From Amphiscolops sp. MND2022 (taxonomy: Eukaryota): DNA of 64,000 nucleotides. Of this stretch, positions 53,301-64,000 are shown one piece after another. The notes below the pieces were generated by a model. That model did not search any database and was not told where the DNA came from. It worked only from the letters and a program-made list of their open reading frames with translations. A program made the translations under genes and the position numbers. How positions within the stretch are numbered: position 1 is the first letter of the stretch; each line of letters begins with the position of its first letter. The DNA is taken from positions 40,920,001 to 40,984,000 of the forward strand of contig OZ076416.1 in NCBI GenBank assembly GCA_964187785.1, written 5' to 3'.

Positions 53301-56300
53301 TTCAAAATTTCCGTTTGTTTCATTTGTTTAAACAAAATGTTTGATGTGCATTAGAATTTGTTTCTCCCTACGCAGTTTAGGTTTTCCAGTGTTATCGCTC
53401 TTTGGGCTTTTCCGAAATATTGTTGATATTTCTCCAAGATACATTAAACGAATTAGGCTGACATTACCTTCTGGAGACAATTTCACAGAAAACTGATACA
53501 TTTTCCATGGAACAAATTAGAACAAAAATTCTAATTTCCTGTCATATTACTTCTGCTAACAAGACTTTATCAAGTAACAGCGGTGTTTGAATTTTTGCCC
53601 GTTTTGGTCTGCTTTTTACCTACTAAAAGTCTCCTGTTGTTGGATATCCTGCATTTCTCAATACTTATTATGCAAAATTGAGTTTCTCGTTCTGTTTGAA
53701 ATTTGCGCAATAATTGATTGTGGTTGAAAATGAGACGCCCGATGAGTAATATAAGACAACAACTTACTTTGAAAAAAAATCACTTCAATTTAACGCAAGT
53801 TTTTGCGCCCTCTCAAGGATCGTGTTTTTTTCAGAATTTTGAGGTTTTATCAATATTTCCAAGAATTAATCCATTAACCGAAACTCTTAACAGGTACAGA
53901 CTCTGTTTATAGCTATTCAAACCGGAGAAATTCATGAATAGATATGAGTGTTATTAGGTTCAGGGAGAGTAATTAGGCTAATCGAGATTTTACTGATAGC
54001 CTCCAACGGAACAAGTCACCTTTGATTAGCTTCAATATAACACTAACCAGCTTCTTGAGAATCCCCAGCTCCATTAGCAACCGTAACATTTTTGGAGTTC
54101 GCGGTTATGTCAAGAGAAGTGAGCCACTTCGTTTCATATTCATTTTTATCGAATCCTAGCAGCCATAGATCTGAGGTCAAATTTGTATGATGAATTGGAT
54201 TTTGAGGAGCGCTATCCAACAAATTGAGCGGACCCGAGCAAACGGGGGAGCTCGAATCACTGGCTGGATAAAACCATCTATTTATCATACTGAAAATGAT
54301 AACGCGTCGGTGGAAGTGAAAAGAATTCATGTTTCAGATGAACCTATCAACGCCGCCACTGATGACATGAAAAACCACAAGTACGCCATGGTTTTTACAG
54401 CCGCTGTAACCGCTGCTGCTGAGATAGTAGACGGTCAAACTACGACTAGACCCCGGGATACCACACCGCCACCACAAGTCGCGCACGTTCGCTCTCCGTG
54501 TTACTGTTATACCTAAATAGTGGTTTAATCCTGGAAGTTTTTTCTTCCAGATTCTCAAATCTAAAGTTATGTTTTAAACACCTAAAAATTTTGGACTATC
54601 AAGTCAATGATAAATTAAAACTTTCCTTTTCATCTTGAAGTTAAAAATTCATCAGTCCTCAATAATAACTGACGTTGGTTTCAAAATTTCCGTTTGTTTC
54701 ATTCGTTTAAACAAAATGTTTGATGTGCATTAGAATTTGTTTCTTCCTACGCAGTCACCACCCCGCCGATACCACGCAGATACCACACCGCCACCACAAG
54801 TCGCGCACGTTCGCTCTCCGTGTTACTGTTATACCTAAATAGTGGTTTAATCCTGGAAGTTTTTTCTTCCAGATTCTCAAATCTAAAGTTATGTTTTAAA
54901 CACCTAAAAATTTTGGACTATCAAGTCAATGATAAATTAAAACTTTCCTTTTCATCTTGAAGTTAAAAATTCATCAGTCCTCAATAATAACTGACGTTGG
55001 TTTCAAAATTTCCGTTTGTTTCATTCGTTTAAACAAAATGTTTGATGTGCATTAGAATTTGTTTCTTCCTACGCAGTTTACGTTTTCCAGTGTTATCGCT
55101 CTTTGGGCTTTTCCGAAATATTGTTGATATTTTTCCAAGATACATTAAACGAATTAGGCTGACATTACCTTCTGGAGACAATTTCACAGAAAACTGATAC
55201 ATTTTCCATGGAACAAATTACAACTAAAATTCTAATTTCCTTTCATATTACTTCTGCTCACAAGATTTTATCAAGTAACAACAGCGGTGTTTGAATTTTT
55301 GCCCGTTTTGGTCTGCTTTTTACCTTACTAAAAGTTTCTTGTTGTTGGATATCCTGCATTTCTCAATACTTATTATGCAAAATTGAGTTTCTCGTTTGTT
55401 TGAAATTTGCGCAATAATTGATTGTGGTTGAGAATGAGACGCCCGATGAGTAATATAAGACAACAACTTACTTTGAAAAAAAATCACTTCAATTTAACGC
55501 AAGTTTTTGCGCCCTTTCAAGGATTGTTTTTTTTCAAATTTTGAGGTTTTATCGATATTTCCAAGAATTAATCCATTAAGCGAAACTCTTAACAGGTCCA
55601 GACTCTGTTTATAGCTATTCAAACCGGAGAAATTCATGAATAGATATGAGTGTTATTAGGTTCAGGGAGAGTAATTAGGCTAATCGAGATTTTACTGATA
55701 GCCTCCAACGGAACCAGTCACCTTTGATTAGCTTCAATATAACACTAACCAGCTTCTTGAGAATCCCCAGCTCCATTAGCAACCGTAACATTTTTGGAGT
55801 TCGCGGTTATGTCAAGAGAAGTGAGCCACTTCGTTTCATATTCATTTTTATCGAATCCTAGCAGCCATAGATCTGAGGTCAAATTTGTATGATGAATTGG
55901 ATTTTGAGGAGCGCTATCCAACAAATTGAGCGGACCCGAGCAAACGGGGGAGCTCGAATCACTGGCTGGATAAAACCATCTATTTATCATACTGAAAATG
56001 ATAACGCGTCGGTGGAAGTGAAAAGAATTCATGTTTCAGATGAACCTATCAACGCCGCCACTGATGACATGAAAAACCACAAGTACGCCATGGTTTTTAC
56101 AGCCGCTGTAACCGCTGCTGCTGAGATAGTAGACGGTCAAACTACGACTAGACCCCGGGATACCACACCGCCACCACAAGTCGCGCACGTTCGCTCTCCG
56201 TGTTACTGTTATACCTAAATAGTGGTTTAATCCTGGAAGTTTTTTCTTCCAGATTCTCAAATCTAAAGTTATGTTTTAAACACCTAAAAATTTTGGACTA

Positions 56301-59300
56301 TCAAGTCAATGATAAATTAAAACTTTCCTTTTCATCTTGAAGTTAAAAATTCATCAGTCCTCAATAATAACTGACGTTGGTTTCAAAATTTCCGTTTGTT
56401 TCATTCGTTTAAACAAAATGTTTGATGTGCATTAGAATTTGTTTCTTCCTACGCAGTCACCACCCCGCCGATACCACGCAGATACCACACCGCCACCACA
56501 AGTCGCGCACGTTCGCTCTCCGTGTTACTGTTATACCTAAATAGTGGTTTAATCCTGGAAGTTTTTTCTTCCAGATTCTCAAATCTAAAGTTATGTTTTA
56601 AACACCTAAAAATTTTGGACTATCAAGTCAATGATAAATTAAAACTTTCCTTTTCATCTTGAAGTTAAAAATTCATCAGTCCTCAATAATAACTGACGTT
56701 GGTTTCAAAATTTCCGTTTGTTTCATTCGTTTAAACAAAATGTTTGATGTGCATTAGAATTTGTTTCTTCCTACGCAGTTTACGTTTTCCAGTGTTATCG
56801 CTCTTTGGGCTTTTCCGAAATATTGTTGATATTTTTCCAAGATACATTAAACGAATTAGGCTGACATTACCTTCTGGAGACAATTTCACAGAAAACTGAT
56901 ACATTTTCCATGGAACAAATTACAACTAAAATTCTAATTTCCTTTCATATTACTTCTGCTCACAAGATTTTATCAAGTAACAACAGCGGTGTTTGAATTT
57001 TTGCCCGTTTTGGTCTGCTTTTTACCTTACTAAAAGTTTCTTGTTGTTGGATATCCTGCATTTCTCAATACTTATTATGCAAAATTGAGTTTCTCGTTTG
57101 TTTGAAATTTGCGCAATAATTGATTGTGGTTGAGAATGAGACGCCCGATGAGTAATATAAGACAACAACTTACTTTGAAAAAAAATCACTTAAATTTAAC
57201 GCAAGTTTTTGCGCCCTTTCAAGGATTGTTTTTTTTCAGAATTTTGAGGTTTTATCGATATTTCCAAGAATTAATCCATTAAGCGAAACTCTTAACAGGT
57301 CCAGACTCTGTTTATAGCTATTCAAACCGGAGAAATTCATGAATAGATATGAGTGTTATTAGGTTCAGGGAGAGTAATTAAGCTAATCGAGATTTTACTG
57401 ATAGCCTCCAACGGAACAAGTTACATTTGATTAGCTTCAATATAACACTAACCAGCTTCTTGAGAATCCCCAGCTCCATTAGCAACCGTAACATTTTGGA
57501 TTTCGCGGTTATGTCAAGAGAAGTGAGCCACTTCGTTTCATATTCATTTTTATCGAATCCTAGCAGCCATAGATCTGAGGTCAAATTTGTATGATGAATT
57601 GGATTTTGAGGAGCGCTATCCAACAAATTGAGCGGACCCGAGCCAACGGGGGAGCTCGAATCACTGGCTGGATAAAACCATCTATTTATCATACTGAAAA
57701 CGATAACGCGTCGGTGGAAGTGAAAAGAATTCATGTTTCAGATGAACCTATCAACGCGGCCACTGATGACATGAAAAACCACAAGTACGCCATGGTTTTT
57801 ACAGCTGCTGTAACCGCTGCTGCTGAGATAGTAGACGGTCAAACTACGACTAGACCCCGGGATACCACACCGCCACCAAAAGTCGCGCACGTTCGCTCTC
57901 CGTGTTACTGTTATACCTAAATAGTGGTTCAATACTGGAAGTTTTTTCTTCCAGATTCTCAAATCTAAAGTTATGTTTTAAACACCTAAATATTTTGGAT
58001 TATCAAGTCAATGATAAATTAAAACTTTCCTTTTCATCTTGAAGTTAAATATTCATCAGTCCTCAATAATAACTGACGTTGGTTTCAAAATTTCCGTTTG
58101 TTTCATTCGTTTAAACAAAATGTTTGATGTGCATTAGAATTTGTTTCTTCCTACGCAGTTTACGTTTTCCAGTGTTATCGCTCTTTGGGCTTTTCCGAAA
58201 TATTGTTGATATTTTTCCAAGATACATTAAACGAATTAGGCTGACATTACCTTCTGGAGACAATTTCACAGAAAACTGATACATTTTCCATGGAACAAAT
58301 TACAACAAAAATTCTAATTTCCTGTCATATTACTTCTGCTAACAAGACTTTATCAAGTAACAGCGGTGTTTGAATTTTTGCCCGTTTTGGTCTGCTTTTT
58401 ACCTACTAAAAGTCTCCTGTTGTTGGATATCCTGCATTTCTCAATACTTATTATGCAAAACTGAGTTTCTCGTTTGTTTGAAATTTGCGCAATAATTGAT
58501 TGTGGTTGAAAATGAGACGCCCGATGAGTAATATAAGACAACAACTTACTTTGAAAAAAAATCACTTCAATTTAACGCAAGTTTTTGCGCCCTTTCAAGG
58601 ATTGTTTTTTTTCAGAATTTTGAGGTTTTATCGATATTTCCAAGAATTAATCCATTAACCGAAACTCTTAACAGGTACAGACTCTGTTTATAGCTATTCA
58701 AACCGGAGAAATTCATGAATAGATATGAGTGTTATTAGGTTCAGGGAGAGTAATTAGGCTAATCGAGATTTTACTGATAGCCTCCAACGGAACAAGTCAC
58801 CTTTGATTAGCTTCAATATAACACTAACCAGCTTCTTGAGAATCCCCAGCTCCATTAGCAACCGTAACATTTTTGGAGTTCGCGGTTATGTCAAGAGAAG
58901 TGAGCCACTTCGTTTCATATTCATTTTTATCGAATCCTAGCAGCCATAGATCTGAGGTCAAATTTGTATGATGAATTGGATTTTGAGGAGCGCTATCCAA
59001 CAAATTGAGCGGACCCGAGCAAACGGGGGAGCTCGAATCACTGGCTGGATAAAACCATCTATTTATCATACTGAAAATGATAACGCGTCGGTGGAAGTGA
59101 AAAGAATTCATGTTTCAGATGAACCTATCAACGCCGCCACTGATGACATGAAAAACCACAAGTACGACATGGTTTTTACAGCCGCTGTAACCGCTGCTGC
59201 TGAGATAGTAGACGGTCAAACTACGACTAGACCCCGGGATACCACACCGCCACCACAAGTCGCGCACGTTCGCTCTCCGTGTTACTGTTATACCTAAATA

Positions 59301-62300
59301 CTGGTTTAATCCTGGAAGTTTTTTCTTCCAGATTCTCAAATCTAAAGTTATGTTTTAAACACCTAAAAATTTTGGACTATCAAGGCAATGATAAATTAAA
59401 ACTTTCCTTTTCATCTAGAAGTTAAAAATTCATCAGTCCTCAATAATAACTGACGTTGGTTTCAAAATTTCCGTTTGTTTCATTCGTTTAAACAAAATGT
59501 TTGATGTGCATTAGAATTTGTTTCTTCCTACGCAGTTTACGTTTTCCAGTGTTATCGCTCTTTGGGCTTTTCCGAAATATTGTTGATATTTTTCCAAGAT
59601 ACATTAAACGAATTAGGCTGACATTACCTTCTGGAGACAATTTCACAGAAAACTGATACATTTTCCATGGAACAAATTACAACTAAAATTCTAATTTCCT
59701 TTCATATTACTTCTGCTCACAAGATTTTATCAAGTAACAACAGCGGTGTTTGAATTTTTGCCCGTTTTGGTCTGCTTTTTACCTTACTAAAAGTTTCCTG
59801 TTGTTGGATATCCTGCATTTCTCAATACTTATTATGCAAAATTGAGTTTCTCGTTTGTTTGAAATTTGCGCAATAATTGATTGTGGTTGAGAATGAGACG
59901 CCCGATGAGTAATAAAAGACAACAACTTACTTTGAAAAAAAATCACTTCAATTTAACGCAAGTTTTTGCGCCCTTTCAAGGATTGTTTTTTTTCAGAATT
60001 TTGAGGTTTTATCGATATTTCCAAGAATTAATCCATTAAGCGAAACTCTTAACAGGTCCAGACTCTGTTTATAGCTATTCAAACCGGAGAAATTCATGAA
60101 TAGATATGAGTGTTATTAGGTTCAGGGAGAGTAATTAAGCTAATCGAGATTTTACTGATAGCCTCCAACGGAACAAGTTACATTTGATTAGCTTCAATAT
60201 AACACTAACCAGCTTCTTGAGAATCCCCAGCTCCATTAGCAACCGTAACATTTTGGATTTCGCGGTTATGTCAAGAGAAGTGAGCCACTTCGTTTCATAT
60301 TCATTTTTATCGAATCCTAGCAGCCATAGATCTGAGGTCAAATTTGTATGATGAATTGGATTTTGAGGAGCGCTATCCAACAAATTGAGCGGACCCGAGC
60401 CAACGGGGGAGCTCGAATCACTGGCTGGATAAAACCATCTATTTATCATACTGAAAACGATAACGCGTCGGTGGAAGTGAAAAGAATTCATGTTTCAGAT
60501 GAACCTATCAACGCGGCCACTGATGACATGAAAAACCACAAGTACGCCATGGTTTTTACAGCTGCTGTAACCGCTGCTGCTGAGATAGTAGACGGTCAAA
60601 CTACGACTAGACCCCGGGATACCACACCGCCACCAAAAGTCGCGCACGTTCGCTCTCCGTGTTACTGTTATACCTAAATAGTGGTTCAATACTGGAAGTT
60701 TTTTCTTCCAGATTCTCAAATCTAAAGTTATGTTTTAAACACCTAAATATTTTGGATTATCAAGTCAATGATAAATTAAAACTTTCCTTTTCATCTTGAA
60801 GTTAAATATTCATCAGTCCTCAATAATAACTGACGTTGGTTTCAAAATTTCCGTTTGTTTCATTCGTTTAAACAAAATGTTTGATGTGCATTAGAATTTG
60901 TTTCTTCCTACGCAGTTTACGTTTTCCAGTGTTATCGCTCTTTGGGCTTTTCCGAAATATTGTTGATATTTTTCCAAGATACATTAAACGAATTAGGCTG
61001 ACATTACCTTCTGGAGACAATTTCACAGAAAACTGATACATTTTCCATGGAACAAATTACAACTAAAATTCTAATTTCCTTTCATATTACTTCTGCTCAC
61101 AAGATTTTATCAAGTAACAACAGCGGTGTTTGAATTTTTGCCCGTTTTGGTCTGCTTTTTACCTTACTAAAAGTTTCCTGTTGTTGGATATCCTGCATTT
61201 CTCAATACTTATTATGCAAAATTGAGTTTCTCGTTTGTTTGAGATTTGCGCAATAATTGATTGTGGTTGAGAATGAGACGCCCGATGAGTAATATAAGAC
61301 AACAACTTACTTTGAAAAAAAATCACTTCAATTTAACGCAAGTTTTTGCGCCCTTTCAAGGATTGTTTTTTTTCAGAATTTTGAGGTTTTATCGATATTT
61401 CCAAGAATTAATCCATTAAGCGAAACTCTTAACAGGTCCAGACTCTGTTTATAGCTATTCAAACCGGAGAAATTCATGAATAGATATGAGTGTTATTAGG
61501 TTCAGGGAGAGTAATTAAGCTAATCGAGATTTTACTGATAGCCTCCAACGGAACAAGTTACATTTGATTAGCTTCAATATAACACTAACCAGCTTCTTGA
61601 GAATCCCCAGCTCCATTAGCAACCGTAACATTTTGGATTTCGCGGTTATGTCAAGAGAAGTGAGCCACTTCGTTTCATATTCATTTTTATCGAATCCTAG
61701 CAGCCATAGATCTGAGATCAAATTTGTATGATGAATTGGATTTTGAGGAGCGCTATCCAACAAATTGAGCGGACCCGAGCCAACGGGGGAGCTCGAATCA
61801 CTGGCTGGATAAAACCATCTATTTATCATACTGAAAACGATAACGCGTCGGTGGAAGTGAAAAGAATTCATGTTTCAGATGAACCTATCAACGCGGCCAC
61901 TGATGACATGAAAAACCACAAGTACGCCATGGTTTTTACAGCTGCTGTAACCGCTGCTGCTGAGATAGTAGACGGTCAAACTACGACTAGACCCCGGGAT
62001 ACCACACCGCCACCAAAAGTCGCGCACGTTCGCTCTCCGTGTTACTGTTATACCTAAATAGTGGTTCAATACTGGAAGTTTTTTCTTCCAGATTCTCAAA
62101 TCTAAAGTTATGTTTTAAACACCTAAATATTTTGGATTATCAAGTCAATGATAAATTAAAACTTTCCTTTTCATCTTGAAGTTAAATATTCATCAGTCCT
62201 CAATAATAACTGACGTTGGTTTCAAAATTTCCGTTTGTTTCATTCGTTTAAACAAAATGTTTGATGTGCATTAGAATTTGTTTCTTCCTACGCAGTTTAC

Positions 62301-62562
62301 GTTTTCCAGTGTTATCGCTCTTTGGGCTTTTCCGAAATATTGTTGATATTTTTCCAAGATACATTAAACGAATTAGGCTGACATTACCTTCTGGAGACAA
62401 TTTCACAGAAAACTGATACATTTTCCATGGAACAAATTACAACTAAAATTCTAATTTCCTTTCATATTACTTCTGCTCACAAGATTTTATCAAGTAACAA
62501 CAGCGGTGTTTGAATTTTTGCCCGTTTTGGTCTGCTTTTTACCTTACTAAAAGTTTCCTGTT
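44230..62562. repeat. Tandem array of thirteen ~1,378-bp units (three expanded to ~1,703 bp)
   Basis: The MMNWILRS ORF recurs at 44235, 45588, 46970, 48348, 49726, 51430, 52808, 54187, 55889, 57591, 58968, 60348 and 61728. Confidence 0.97.
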
Positions 62563-62970
62563 AGTAGTATATGTGCGAGCTGATCAGGTGGGGGGGGGGG
62601 GGGTTCAAGACCCTATGTTTTAAGATAGGCTATAGCGAGCCGAGAGCCGAGAAGGGTCTTGAACCCCTGGATTCGCATAGGCTCGACTCGTGTAGTGTGG
62701 GTGTATACCCATTGGGTGCAGTCGTGCTGGATTCTGATTGGCTGACGACTCGAGTCGTGTACTTTTGCACGATTCTGACGACTTGACTCAATGTATTAAG
62801 GTATTGAGCCGAGTGATTGTCAATGTATAAAGATGTGTTCAATGTATAAAGATAGAGAATAGCTTCGGTAATGTTTTAAGGTAGGAAATAGGGTTTTTCG
62901 TCACTGTGCGACATTTTCGGCACTGAGACTTTGGGTAAAAATTGATTTTTTGGTGGCCACGACCGCCCGC

Positions 62971-63070
62971 GGGAATAATTTTACCCGCCCCCGCAATATT
63001 TTATCCGCCTGCGGAATATTTTATCCGCCACCGTAATATTTTATCCGCCTGCGGAATAATTTATCCGCCA
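62971..63070. repeat. 20-bp subterminal tandem repeat x5
   Basis: Units of (G/C)(G/T)AATATTTTATCCGCC(T/A)(G/C)C. Confidence 0.9.
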
Positions 63071-63203
63071 TAAAGGTTTAGCTCATTACTTGACTACTAT
63101 ACGTTGAGGAAAAAAATCATGTTTAAATAGAAAAAACTTTAAATTAGAATGTATAAATGTACTACAATCACATGTATAAACTGCACTTTACAATAAGCAT
63201 GTG

Positions 63204-63593
63204 TTACATATAATTACTGATAAAAGAGAGTACGTTAACATCGTGAACTCCTGTAAGTTGCTCTTGCTGGAACTTGAAGAGATGAAAAGCTGAATATATG
63301 GCATAGAATCCGCACACGCTGGGATGTGACTGCAACTTTACTGGAACCATCTTTTGGTAGTCTTGCTTGAGAAAATTGCACGATCCACCGAGAGAGTCTG
63401 CAAAATACAATTGCTGTTTAAATTTGGCAATCATTACCCAGTGCTCGCCAGACATGTAACTTGGTTCAGTATTGACAATGGCAAATGTATCGTTTGGAAG
63501 CATAGGGACACGATCAGAAGGAAATGAGCCGAGGTACCGATACTTGAGGAGAGGAATACGATCAATAATCTGTCGCAATGCAATGTCATCCAT
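63204..63593 (-). CDS. Adenain-like (clan CE) cysteine protease of Maverick/Polinton, ~129 aa
   Basis: YLGSFPSD...IVNT..S.M.GEHWV...YFADSLG...LQS...VCGFY: His, Asp and Gln/Cys catalytic motifs intact. Likely ATG at 63593, 1 nt after the MCP stop. Confidence 0.92.
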   Translation of the reverse strand: MDDIALRQIIDRIPLLKYRYLGSFPSDRVPMLPNDTFAIVNTEPSYMSGEHWVMIAKFKQQLYFADSLGGSCNFLKQDYQKMVPVKLQSHPSVCGFYAIYSAFHLFKFQQEQLTGVHDVNVLSFISNYM

Positions 63594-63594
63594 A

Positions 63595-64000
63595 TTAGGT
63601 ATTTTTACCGACAACGCCAAACTTGTCGACTGCAACCGACGACATTCGTTCACCCAATATAATGACTTCTGTTACACTTTCGAGCGCTTCATTAAAGTTG
63701 AGTTCCAGTCGCAATGGTTCACCAATCAATTCCGGATAGTGGCAATGTTCAGTAGCGTCTTGCATTGATGTCAAATCAAACACGAGCACATAGTGATCCT
63801 TGAAATTGTCAATTGGGATTGACGGTAAATCGTCATGAAAGTTCATTGCTCTCATTGTTGTAACATAGAGACGGCAATTATCGGACGTGTCATAGTCAAC
63901 AACAGACTGACCGCCACGTAGTATTCTAATGTGCCTCAATCCAAACTGTTGATACCAGTATGGATTTTCAGTAAAGGAACCCGTAAAGGCAGAATTTGTG
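63595..64000 (-). CDS. Major capsid protein (double jelly-roll) C-terminus of Maverick/Polinton; 5' end outside the window
   Basis: FTENPYWYQQFGLRHIRILRGG...FKDHYVLVFDLTSMQD...LRLELNFNEALESVTEVIILGE; resembles the YxxFxFDLT...LRLELxF pattern of Polinton MCPs; open to the window edge. Confidence 0.88.
   Translation of the reverse strand, partial: TNSAFTGSFTENPYWYQQFGLRHIRILRGGQSVVDYDTSDNCRLYVTTMRAMNFHDDLPSIPIDNFKDHYVLVFDLTSMQDATEHCHYPELIGEPLRLELNFNEALESVTEVIILGERMSSVAVDKFGVVGKNT

Larger units (their letters stand above)
62563..64000 (-). mobile_element. Maverick/Polinton (adintovirus-like) element, one terminus; continues beyond the window
   Basis: The array breaks abruptly into AGTAGT, the canonical Polinton terminus. 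It is followed by a TIR-like noncoding region, an adenain-like protease and a major capsid gene. Confidence 0.92.

Noticed and set aside
37841-62562. rDNA, 5S, snRNA, histone or CRISPR array as the explanation for the tandem repeat
   Set aside because: I recognised no rRNA, snRNA, tRNA or histone motifs. Units are kb-sized with no repeat-spacer structure, and the context is eukaryotic.
35121-62562. VLR-like LRR donor-cassette system for somatic diversification
   Set aside because: Units are near-identical and share frameshifts and stops, so they offer little usable diversity. No recipient gene is visible.

Overview
AT-rich, repeat-dense eukaryotic (animal) DNA. The repeat families resemble those I recall from acoel flatworms, but the taxon is tentative. 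Layout: (i) 1-12 kb is LTR-retrotransposon debris, including an env-like remnant, a BEL/Pao gag remnant and a young 1,281-bp internally deleted BEL/Pao element with apparently identical 396-bp LTRs and a 5-bp TSD. (ii) 12.6-32.9 kb holds a multi-exon minus-strand gene that I identify as centrobin (CNTROB). Its introns carry hAT, Tc1/mariner, piggyBac and Mutator MITEs, Helentron-type non-autonomous elements and a decayed multi-TM ORF. (iii) 33.7-34.55 kb is a decayed Pif1-helicase C-terminus fused to a GIY-YIG nuclease (Helitron-like remnant). (iv) 35.1-62.56 kb is a decayed LRR-protein gene amplified into a macrosatellite (4 x ~1.63 kb, then 13 x ~1.38 kb with higher-order structure). (v) From 62,563 a Maverick/Polinton (adintovirus-like) element is inserted into the last array unit: AGTAGT terminus, adenain-like protease and the major capsid protein C-terminus. 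All calls come from manual reading; no database searches were run.
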